A stretch of 42,951 bases of DNA, taken from positions 1 to 42,951 of the forward strand of contig JAYSWN010000012.1 in the NCBI GenBank assembly GCA_043718025.1. The letters are read 5' to 3'. The DNA comes from Pseudomonadota bacterium (GTDB lineage Bacteria > Bdellovibrionota > FAC87 > UBA2466). The stretch's first letter is position 1; each line of letters opens with the position of its first letter. Below, in pieces: positions 28,301-35,357 of this stretch. The translations under genes and the position numbers were made by a program. The notes under the pieces were generated by a model. The model saw only the letters and a list, made by a program, of their open reading frames with translations, was not told the DNA's origin and did no database searches.

Positions 28301-31300
28301 CCCATTGGTTAAGCGCGTCGCTTTGCGAATTGGGGCGAGGAGGTAGAGAGTAATCAAGAGAAAAACCACTCACTGAAGCAAGCGAGACCGGATCGCCCAT
28401 GCCGATGCGGGTCGTGGCAAAGGCATTCCAGCGCATGGCGGTTTGCGAAAGGTAGTCTGTATTCTCTTCGGCGGCTAACCGCAGCCATTGCTCATCGGCG
28501 CCAACCATCCAAGTGGCGCCGGGAAGCTTCTGCACACTGCGGAATAAAGGTTCAAACGCCAGAGGGGGCTCACTCTGCGGTACCTTGTCAGTGGGCCAAC
28601 CGAGGCTTCGAGCCAAAGCAAGATCTTTGGCGTTGGCCCGCATGGCGGTCGTCACCAACCGGCCGCCTTCAAGCCCCAAGCGCTCGTAAATTCCATTTAC
28701 CAGGTCTAGCCGCTTTTCGGCCGGCAGGTCGTCGAAGGCAAAAAGCGTGAGGTCTTCACTGCCGGGCACGGCCAACTGCTGCAAGGTCCCGTCCACCAAA
28801 CGGTACGGAAGGTAGGCGATGAAAAGACGAAATAACGCCCGCGCCAAATCCGGAAAACGAGGATCTTTGGTAAACAGCTGCCCCTTCTCTTGATTTTCTT
28901 GTTGGTACTTAGCCCACAAGCCCACGTGAAGGGTCAGGCGACTAGACCACTCTTCAAATTGAAGCCGCTTTTCGGATACGGGCTGAAAAGGATCCGGGTT
29001 CAATTGTTTAGAAACCGCTTTGGCGACGTAAGCAGTCCACTCTTTGGTGGCAGCGGCACGTTCGGCAACCGAGAGGGCAAGCACCCAGGCCTTGCGCGAA
29101 TCGACCGTGGGAAACTCTTTACCTTTAGCGGCGGCAAAAATAGTGGGCCACGCCGGAGTAATGGCTTCGGCCGAAGCGGCGCGAAGCAAAATCGTGGTGT
29201 GAATCACCGGATGTTTATCCGAGGCCAAGGCGGTCGTCATTTCAAACGGAATTTCGGACGACGGAACGTGGGCCAGGGAAACTACTTTGTCTTTCTTTCC
29301 ATCTGAAGTTTTTGCTTCGAGTGGTGAGATTTCTGAGTTTCGGCCCAGAGCTAGTTGCGTAATTTCTTCGACCAGGGCCCAGTATTTAGCAATGTCCGGA
29401 GCGGCTAGCGCTGATTTCTCGGCTTCGGCAAGAAGGCGTTGGCTCTCCACTAGTAACGCTTTGGCATAAGCTTGAGCGCTCGGAATGCTTTTAAATAGGG
29501 ACGCTTTGAAATTCTCGGGATTCGAATACGCAAAAGCAACTTCGATTTCCCAACTCTTCTTGTCGGCGTCGGCTAGAACGATGCCAGCCCGCGCTCTCAG
29601 CCCAGCCAGGTGTGCGCTAAAATACCGGGCCTCGGGCGTCGACCAGTTGCCCATAAAGGTAAAGCCGAACGGGCCGGCCCATATTTTTAAAGATTGGGTA
29701 CCCGTTTTAACGAGGTCGGCCTCATACCAACGAGTAAAGTTAGGCAGATTTTTTTCGCTCAGCGCGGCGGTGAAATACTCGGAAACCCCTTTGAGGTAGC
29801 TCTTGGCACTAACGGCATCAAAGCGAAGTTTGCGATCTGTACCGGTCGCAATAAAGTTGAGATCCTCAACCACTTCAGCCGGACTGAGCGCCATCTCTTT
29901 GCCCAAAGCGTCAGTTTTAGTGTTGTAGAACTGATCGGCTACGTAAGTTCCCCATAGAGATTCAGTGGCCTTTGCGTCTTTGTCGCCGTCAACGTACGCC
30001 TTAGCCTGGCCCAGATCCGGAAGGTAGTTACGGACCAAGCGCCGCAATTCTAAACGTGCGCGCTGCTGTTCAATAGCGTCTTTCTGGTAGCTAAGCGTCC
30101 AGTTGAGATCGCGTTCGAGATCTTTGCCTTCTTTGGTCGCCAGAATGGCTTTTTGGGCGGCCTCATCTTTGTCTTTGAGCATCGACCAACGGCGGTCGCT
30201 CAATTCGCGGCGCTGCACTTCAGTGCGTTGAATCTCAGCTTCAGGATCGGCTTTGGCGGCCAGCACTTTTTCGATACGAAGAGAAACCGCTTCTCGAAAC
30301 TGCGAAAAATCAGGTAGCAGCACTGAGGCCAGCTCTTTTTGAAAAATGCGTTCTTTGAGCGGAAGCGGCCTAAAATTGAGCAAGGTGACCACTTCACTAC
30401 CGTAGAGTTGGGTAAACGCTTTATACAGTTCTGGTTTCGGATCTTTTTCGGCAATGAGCGCGTCTACTTTTGCCACCAGCGTATCCATCTCTTCGATCCA
30501 GACGGCAAACCACTCTTCAGCGCGGGTTGCGATCTCGGCGTTTAACCCCAGTAAGATAGCTTCCGAGGTTTCGCCCTGATCAAACGATTGCGACGACACC
30601 TTTTTAAGAATCTCGGCAATCTGCCCAAGGGCCCGGTCTTTTACCTTTGGGTCTTGCGTGCCCATCGGCGCCCAAGCCTTTTCAATGAGCGCTTCCTGCA
30701 AGTTTTTGAGCAGCGAGGCTTTTATGGCGTCTTTGGGAACCGTGCCGTCAAAGCGCACCCCGGTGCGTCCAAAGGTGTTTAGAAAATCATCAACGTAGTA
30801 CTCGGTGGCACCTTGGAACCGAGAAAGATAGAGATCCTTAAGCTGCTTTTCGTTGGTGAAAAAGGCACGCCCTTTATTCATCAGCTCAGCCAGAGGCGCG
30901 GTCGGCATGGCCATCGAATTCTTAAAATCCACGACGCTCTCGAAAGCGTCGGTCTCGAAAAGTGAGTCGCTAAGAGTCTTTAGCTCAGTCCTCGTTGATT
31001 CAACGCCCTCGTTTGCTTGCAAGGCGACACCGCTGCGCTTTACCAGCTCTAATAGCTCTGCGGCATTGGCACGACGAAGAACCGTGTCATTTTCGTAAAT
31101 TCTTTGCAGCTCTGATTCCAGAGCGGGAGTCACTTTGAGTTCTGCCTCAAAAAAACGGCGCAGCTGTCTTTTGTAGAGGTAGTTCGCGTACCGGCCCGAC
31201 TCGTTTTCGTAATACAGACGAGCGGATCCGCTCTTAAGCCACTTTAAAAGAGGACTGAGCGAAGCGGTTCGTTCGCTCGCCGACCAGCCACGATCCAGAT

Positions 31301-33701
31301 GTGGCTTTGCCTTGAGACTCTCGGAGAATTTTTTCAAAACCAGGTCGGCAAGCACGCCCGTATTGCGCGCGCCTTGCGTAGTAAACATGCGCCGCACCAT
31401 CTCGTCGGAATAACCACGAGCCCTGAGTCGCTTAATGAGATCGTCACGGCGCTTTTCGGCGACCATTTCCATGCCCGGAATAATGTGCAAGTAGCCTTCG
31501 ACACTCATGACGTCGGGAGGCGGAAGCGTATAGCCGTAACCGTGGCCGCTGCCGTCATCCACGAAGAAAAAAGCGGGGGTGGTATCGACGCAGGCCTTTT
31601 TAGCCAGCTCCCAGTGGTAATTCCAAGGGTTGGGAATCAAGTTGTAGAGGGGATGATTTTTCCACTCGATGAGCGCTTTAAGAAAAGCCGTAGTGTCTTC
31701 GATTTGCGCGGCCTCTTTTACCCGCGGCGCCGCGACGCGCACGTATTCGGTAAGGGCTTCGTCAGCGATCTTTTCTGGATCGGCAATCGAAGTCTTTGGA
31801 AACCTATCGAACAAGGCGTCGGCGACGGCTTTAGACAAATCAGTTACGGTTAGCGCTAAAAGTTGCGACTTTAGCGCAAACTCCCACTCCTTCTTGATAG
31901 TATCGTTCCAAACTTTACTCATCGCCTTAAGATCAAGACCGGCTTGGAGGGCAAAGCCCATGACGTAGGCTTCGAGCGATTCCATGAGTACGGCCAAGAC
32001 CAAACCCTCGATCAGTGAGGCCACTACCTTTTTGCGATTGGCTTCGGGGATGAGCGCCACTTCTTCTTGCACCAGAGTTCCCCACAGCATGACTTTTTCG
32101 CCAAGCAACAACGAAAAGTCAGAGGTGGCTCGGCCGGGCGCCTCCTTCAACCGATCTTGGAAGGAGATGGCCTTTAACCCGGCAAATAGTGCCTCACGCC
32201 GCTCAGTGATTTTTTTTGCCGCCTCTTCGGGCGAGGACAGTTTGGCTTGTTCAGAAGGATCCAATACTGGCGCTGCATTTGGGTCTACCGCCGGCGCTGC
32301 ATTCGGGTCCACCGCCGGCACTGCATTCGGGTCTACCGCTGGCACTCCTTTAGGTTCGGGGGCAACTTGAGAGTTCGCAATTTTATCGGCCTGACGAGCG
32401 GCGCCGATCACCACGAAATTGTGCGTTTTGAAATAGCCCGTGAGCCAGTCATTGGCTAACTTCTGCCCCATTTCGTAAAACTTGGGGTTCGAAGGAACCG
32501 GCGTGGCCAGCACGCTGGTGCGGTAATCAGACTCCAGTTTTTCGGCCGCGGTGAAAAGCAAACCGCCGAAGCCCAGCTTCTTATCGAAGGTATTAAGCTC
32601 ATCGTAATAAGAATTTAATTCTTTAAGGTCGGGGGCCGTCCGGCAAGCCTCTACCAATGGCACGGCCTCTTTTTGCAGCAGCGAGTTGACGACGGCCATC
32701 TGACCGTAACGGGCCTTGATGCTCAGCTTTCGCAATGCATTCAACTCTAAACCCATTTTCTTATCGCTGGGGGCGAATAGGCCCATCATAATTTCGTCAT
32801 CAACCAAATCAACGTTGGATTCATTTTTAGCGATAAAACACCATCGTGTTTCGTCGTTAGCGCAGGCCGCAAAATGGGGAATGTTAGCCAAGAGGCCGGT
32901 CTCTTTTCCGACCAGTTTTAATCTGGATAACCGCTCGCCCTGAATAACGTCGTTTATCTTACGGGCGACTGTTGGCGCGACCGCAAAGAAAGGAGCTGGA
33001 ACAGCGTCAATCTGGCCATCGCGAGTTTTATAAAAGCCCGCCATTAAAGTGCGGAATTCGCGAATGCCAATGAGCCAACCCAACCAGCCCCGCAACTCCC
33101 GATCGGTTAATCGCCCGCTGGTGAAATTGAGTAGCTCATACGCAAAGGGAACATTGTAAGCGCGGCCTTCGAGTTCGGCCTGCGCCAAGTAACCCCGCGC
33201 GCCTTCGGCGTCGAGATCGACCAATTTCTTTTCTGGACGCCAAGAGGTGGGCGCACACTGAGCCTTGTTTTCTGGGGAGTGAACGATCGGAACAAAATCT
33301 AAAGCTTCTCCCAGCTTGCCTTCGGTTTGCGACAATTCGGCGGCGTGAATGAAAAGGTATTCGGCAAAAAGCGTTTGTAACGGCAACAGGACCGACTCAT
33401 CTAAGGTTGAGGCCACCGTAGGTTCAACCGCAAAGGGACTCACGCACTCGGCAAACGGCTCTAAATAGGAATAAAAACCTGCGGGGTGAGTTTTGAGCAA
33501 AAAAGGAGCTTTAGATTTAATAAGATAGGCAAGTTTCCAGCTGGCCAGGGAGAAGGCTTGGCGTAGATCTTTTCGAGTGTCGGTGGTGGCTTTGGGGGTT
33601 AGCGCCGCAACCGGGGCCGGTGCAACGTCACCAGCTTTAGCCCATACCTGAGGAGGAAAAACTAGGTAAAGACATAGGTATATACAGAGTGCTCTAAACA
33701 T
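22320..33701 (-). CDS. Giant (3793 aa) exported alpha-helical protein with internal hydrophobic hairpin; function unknown
   Basis: 11.4-kb uninterrupted ORF; signal peptide MFRALCIYLCLYLVFPPQVWA|K; hydrophobic segments at ~aa 2323-2380 and ~2430-2452; no recognisable RTX, YD, Ig or NRPS motifs. Confidence 0.9.
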   Translation of the reverse strand: MFRALCIYLCLYLVFPPQVWAKAGDVAPAPVAALTPKATTDTRKDLRQAFSLASWKLAYLIKSKAPFLLKTHPAGFYSYLEPFAECVSPFAVEPTVASTLDESVLLPLQTLFAEYLFIHAAELSQTEGKLGEALDFVPIVHSPENKAQCAPTSWRPEKKLVDLDAEGARGYLAQAELEGRAYNVPFAYELLNFTSGRLTDRELRGWLGWLIGIREFRTLMAGFYKTRDGQIDAVPAPFFAVAPTVARKINDVIQGERLSRLKLVGKETGLLANIPHFAACANDETRWCFIAKNESNVDLVDDEIMMGLFAPSDKKMGLELNALRKLSIKARYGQMAVVNSLLQKEAVPLVEACRTAPDLKELNSYYDELNTFDKKLGFGGLLFTAAEKLESDYRTSVLATPVPSNPKFYEMGQKLANDWLTGYFKTHNFVVIGAARQADKIANSQVAPEPKGVPAVDPNAVPAVDPNAAPAVDPNAAPVLDPSEQAKLSSPEEAAKKITERREALFAGLKAISFQDRLKEAPGRATSDFSLLLGEKVMLWGTLVQEEVALIPEANRKKVVASLIEGLVLAVLMESLEAYVMGFALQAGLDLKAMSKVWNDTIKKEWEFALKSQLLALTVTDLSKAVADALFDRFPKTSIADPEKIADEALTEYVRVAAPRVKEAAQIEDTTAFLKALIEWKNHPLYNLIPNPWNYHWELAKKACVDTTPAFFFVDDGSGHGYGYTLPPPDVMSVEGYLHIIPGMEMVAEKRRDDLIKRLRARGYSDEMVRRMFTTQGARNTGVLADLVLKKFSESLKAKPHLDRGWSASERTASLSPLLKWLKSGSARLYYENESGRYANYLYKRQLRRFFEAELKVTPALESELQRIYENDTVLRRANAAELLELVKRSGVALQANEGVESTRTELKTLSDSLFETDAFESVVDFKNSMAMPTAPLAELMNKGRAFFTNEKQLKDLYLSRFQGATEYYVDDFLNTFGRTGVRFDGTVPKDAIKASLLKNLQEALIEKAWAPMGTQDPKVKDRALGQIAEILKKVSSQSFDQGETSEAILLGLNAEIATRAEEWFAVWIEEMDTLVAKVDALIAEKDPKPELYKAFTQLYGSEVVTLLNFRPLPLKERIFQKELASVLLPDFSQFREAVSLRIEKVLAAKADPEAEIQRTEVQRRELSDRRWSMLKDKDEAAQKAILATKEGKDLERDLNWTLSYQKDAIEQQRARLELRRLVRNYLPDLGQAKAYVDGDKDAKATESLWGTYVADQFYNTKTDALGKEMALSPAEVVEDLNFIATGTDRKLRFDAVSAKSYLKGVSEYFTAALSEKNLPNFTRWYEADLVKTGTQSLKIWAGPFGFTFMGNWSTPEARYFSAHLAGLRARAGIVLADADKKSWEIEVAFAYSNPENFKASLFKSIPSAQAYAKALLVESQRLLAEAEKSALAAPDIAKYWALVEEITQLALGRNSEISPLEAKTSDGKKDKVVSLAHVPSSEIPFEMTTALASDKHPVIHTTILLRAASAEAITPAWPTIFAAAKGKEFPTVDSRKAWVLALSVAERAAATKEWTAYVAKAVSKQLNPDPFQPVSEKRLQFEEWSSRLTLHVGLWAKYQQENQEKGQLFTKDPRFPDLARALFRLFIAYLPYRLVDGTLQQLAVPGSEDLTLFAFDDLPAEKRLDLVNGIYERLGLEGGRLVTTAMRANAKDLALARSLGWPTDKVPQSEPPLAFEPLFRSVQKLPGATWMVGADEQWLRLAAEENTDYLSQTAMRWNAFATTRIGMGDPVSLASVSGFSLDYSLPPRPNSQSDALNQWVSSWSKSEGATLGYAILAKGTIEFERKRLWNLYPSIDELLKSGIIDQAKSVTDLVDNLAKHPFAPGTYGYLLASLNWNMFHYGSEPPIGPTAYALPPHQAHLAKLMEELVLSLGLNLRTINGWQKVLQNHGGPEEWLAIAESRKEILVGSGDRRFLGTMVKATQIDNPNFLGATMSFRPFPIVDDTERSQLATSREYHDWAARTENPALYQIYRTNANDRPERPLFEQLAAVQGEMLGEKDLREGNPLVRGRFRAGKGKWDLAQFGKTDFDAGRLASMQKMLEIRGIKIVKEEISGTLTVREALVDFRRTVNELNLRYAHESFRFAQGRGNDIPDAVIGSQYTDELKAMLTAFAKQMDASQEPLPELKVTGDPNKSLADQRRELMGRAIYWASQLARKRAFRDRKADVVTNILEVADLFYNQEGQKIEVRRGLVAVANNINTRIKFLCESASVVNITTEKEFKAKRKLLLEESGLVMMDQLQQLMYFDSGWIKDGENSQARHLLMQMAREAADSKKFAKNVEQFVFYTAMTTLTIVFLGRSNPGAARMLLGSRAAQGLLTTVGYAAALGFAGLEIYQVYEDFWGRPEELALLTSVRDSQFTGQSPLMKDETARLIPGAYNKLATDQRSKWRWAFHLWGVSAGLQAMGPIVRWAKGGATRLLSYANPLWPVHRRFKPYLKYLGLGKSNTAFNSVAELGEQEGLNRVLIAHQELLGAKRGPGDSLYPSEAGAKLLADDATVQYESLCRQLGLNPRTMRAWNEAEVAVTHAATQVAGADSRSFFARASDWFRGPMDSQTLWQRIGARLRPIKDGALSWGTYNPLNWGRAWARAEAASVATARANSNRRLEFLRELIARLKEPGVRIDGRELVSLIGIEADPILRHTPLWMSFFGVSNWSSSVRQLRQIRLVARANLDIVALYDRNTLAMIAYMNQLSLNGGMKVEKWEIFTRNFSRKIFDLPKPVRRVFRALQTDARNLTDDVFKGLEGDYETALDMELARYQFFRDCFEEAVVGIADPRRARLVEKYQALIDDVFKGFSPRQIHHFKEAFLNELGLALLPEVRTQLNLVNRLADWKIRSEDAIRKYSAEYRISEEELIFNMLDPKSVKYKSFKRPDGFREPIMGEEIAVQGKFEPLTDINQVAFELRSVMNAGGYFPNRQMMKALADGNYAIMAYHLTRMGQREGELNPREEGAEDPFEADRRPIGETQSRLPIADAPPPKNPIEIKSAAQLRTDLEAEFEAAVKRAVEIAEAKAIAEKLPSARIAEIKVKVERMARARAAQDRDAIETLVKGLEQHKGWAYSLNYTNVRQHADRSMKALNLHFERELAVKAVTSAEADAMARIVAERTVGIIYDKPQMLATVRDSKTLPEEFSKPVLDLLARNGNAKALERELGAMRRYGKLTADSERLYRVAISYQRAMEVSEGLATTAERERLLKWILDQHLKHTERIAESPMSLAESRELLGLEASGAYPKLANVEAAAKATKELGVEASVVDRAVATLKKGDPLTRDLGDIETLAIALNVPAELMPSQIFTDALVRSRRSLSAASEGNSDLLALLQRRYGDHFEDTVDDGLKLLGLEGTPSESVVSARSKQLQTQSERLALAAEKAGDPSGAVMHRVVTTRAIAAEKTVLSRNLPGVRQRIEPKVEFTAPERINEVDFSTDHFFDVLAREYDAALVARAKKCGFGECRTDLLGRWAKGEEGLLKGLSPEEQISRLMHLTLIMNDLKAAGRFKNRAALDRFVELALEHYVKNPNAAFTFLPGEAETFVVASFKQFGTAGKMDLTDPTVLKNLAKIFAEQKALIGQGKGVISELHLKKLNDALLDISVRHVTPGPNASQRIGTEAMALHSRLGVPEDVILALARDIEKNAALAADLEGLFQYLTYAPRSGYRTKDGTNVYAELKLALFGPEGRKLPAGIDEKLTETIMSELQIRYSLAIKNDNAWQKEMIERAARRLNGGEAAAPQAPVDEEAAVFQQLLDGVIQKKFAPSR
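32250..32345 (-). repeat. Four 24-bp tandem units encoding (V/A)PAVDPNA
   Basis: tgcatt(c/t)gggtc(t/c)accgc(c/t)ggc(a/g)c at 32274, 32298 and 32322, plus a degenerate unit at 32250. Confidence 0.9.
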
Positions 33702-33741
33702 AATCCCCCCCCCTTTAAGACCAAGTTTTTTATGATGGTGG

Positions 33742-33771
33742 GTTATACCATAAAATGACCTAGCGCGTCAT
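33742..33771 (-). promoter_or_regulatory. Putative sigma70 extended -10 promoter for the giant gene
   Basis: The minus strand reads ATGACG-N18-TATAAC with a TGn extension (TGGTATAAC), ~40 nt upstream of ATG 33701. Confidence 0.45.
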
Positions 33772-33929
33772 GAAAAGTTGGCCAAAGCCTTACTGATTTA
33801 CTCAATTCGCCAGCGGTGACAAAAACTGGCGCAGAAAAAAAAGGCACCGCGTTGAATTTATTCTTGCAATGTAGACACAAGGCGGCATATCTCTGAGTTT
33901 CGTTTTCCAGGAAATGGGAGGAGTTCCAA

Positions 33930-34766
33930 ATGTTCAGTCGTTTATTCGTTATGTTTTTCGCTGTTGTGACTGCGGTTACCCCAGCATTCGGTGATGGCGC
34001 GGTTGCCGTGGCCGAGGTTCAAACCTTAACCAGGGCCGTACAGAATGTCGCCCTAGGCCGGTTGGATGTTGCAGGACTCGCTGAAATAACGGGTTCGACC
34101 AAGACCGCTGAGGCACTTTTTGGTGCAGTTGGCGTGTTGAAGGCAGCTAATGGAGGCGCCCTAAACTCGGTGGATATGGCGGCCATAAATTCGGTACTTG
34201 CTGAACGAAAACTTGATGTCTCGCAATCGGCGGAATTGATCATCGCAGCTTCTACATCGAAAGAATTTGCCAAGGGTAAGAATATTCGTGACGTTTTTAG
34301 CACCACTCAGTTAACCGCTGCCACCTCTTATAAAGTGGTCACGGAAGACGGAACTGGAATTCTCAACACGGTGACGCCTACGACGGTACAAGGCAAAGCT
34401 GGACTTAAGAAACTCCTTGGCAACTTCGACCGTTCTGGACGCCTCCGTAAATCAGCGGCTGCCGCGGCTTTAGTTATGGCAGCAACCATCACGCCAAAAA
34501 CTTGTCTAGCTGAACAAGAATCTGCTTGCGCCAACTTGGGCACAGAAGTTGTCTTGAGTCATGTGGCCCGAGATTATGATCTCACTTCACCAGGGAATGA
34601 TTTCCGCGATGAGATTCTTGATGGCTGGGCAAAGTCGCCCGATAGCTTCGCGGCAAAGAAGGCAAACATTGGCCCCCTAAGTGGCGCTGTGGAAGCCCTC
34701 AATATGGACGCGATGCCTAAGGCATTGGACACTTGCTTCCGGACCGGCAAACCGCCTGCATTGTAA
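33930..34766 (+). CDS. Secreted Ala/Thr-rich hypothetical protein
   Basis: Strong GGGAGGAG RBS; signal peptide ...VTPAFG|D; three Cys in the C-terminal third. Confidence 0.85.
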   Translation: MFSRLFVMFFAVVTAVTPAFGDGAVAVAEVQTLTRAVQNVALGRLDVAGLAEITGSTKTAEALFGAVGVLKAANGGALNSVDMAAINSVLAERKLDVSQSAELIIAASTSKEFAKGKNIRDVFSTTQLTAATSYKVVTEDGTGILNTVTPTTVQGKAGLKKLLGNFDRSGRLRKSAAAAALVMAATITPKTCLAEQESACANLGTEVVLSHVARDYDLTSPGNDFRDEILDGWAKSPDSFAAKKANIGPLSGAVEALNMDAMPKALDTCFRTGKPPAL

Positions 34767-34793
34767 GTTTCTAAAATAGAATTTTCCCATTTG

Positions 34794-34829
34794 AATCCCC
34801 GTTGGTACTCACCTTCGGGGATTTTTTTT
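34794..34829 (+). terminator. Intrinsic terminator
   Basis: Stem AATCCCCG (34794-801) / CGGGGATT (34816-823) with a T8 run at 34822-34829. Confidence 0.75.
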
Positions 34830-34842
34830 GGAGTTTTTTGCC

Positions 34843-35349
34843 ATGAAGACACTCATTCTGTTTTTGCTGATGGTGTCGCGGGTTGGGCTTGGCATTTCCT
34901 GTTACGAAGATGTGGCAGTGTGGGCTAAGGGGACGTCTGCGAACTATTTCTATCGGCCTTACTGGTTAGACCCTGAGTCGATTGAACGACCTGACATTAA
35001 GGTGCTATCGAGCACCCAAAGCTACGTAGAAGACTGGGTTAAGGTGGCGGCGCTAAAGAAAGCAATGCTTAACGGTAGCTTCGCCTTTTCGAGCCTGGAA
35101 GGGCGTATTGGCGGGGAGTATCACGAACCGCGGAAAATTTTTTTCGTAGGTGAAGGGCACCACCGTTTGGCGGCCGCACTAGAGATTGCGTTTGAATCGG
35201 GAAATTGGTCTTGCTTCAACAAACTGATTCGCTACGGCGACTGGGAAAAGACCAGCCGAAACCCGAGAGATGCGTACCGCCTTCCGGTGAGATCCCGGAT
35301 GTTAACCTACTTGGGGTGGGGCCGGTTTTTAAAGCCCTTCACCCCATAA
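34843..35349 (+). CDS. Signal-peptide-bearing ParB/Srx-fold (GHHR) domain protein, toxin-like
   Basis: GGAG RBS and ATG 34843; signal-like MKTLILFLLMVSRVGLG; ParB-N-type pattern Q..V....V..LK..M..G.F ... FFVGEGHHRLAAA. Confidence 0.7.
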   Translation: MKTLILFLLMVSRVGLGISCYEDVAVWAKGTSANYFYRPYWLDPESIERPDIKVLSSTQSYVEDWVKVAALKKAMLNGSFAFSSLEGRIGGEYHEPRKIFFVGEGHHRLAAALEIAFESGNWSCFNKLIRYGDWEKTSRNPRDAYRLPVRSRMLTYLGWGRFLKPFTP

Positions 35350-35357
35350 TTAGGAAA

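Noticed and set aside
32250..32345. Possible CRISPR or REP array
   Set aside because: These are contiguous 24-bp coding repeats for a Pro-rich linker, with no unique spacers.
34843..35349. Chromosome/plasmid partition ParB
   Set aside because: There is no HTH or C-terminal dimerisation domain, no parA and no parS palindrome, and the protein has a signal-like N-terminus.
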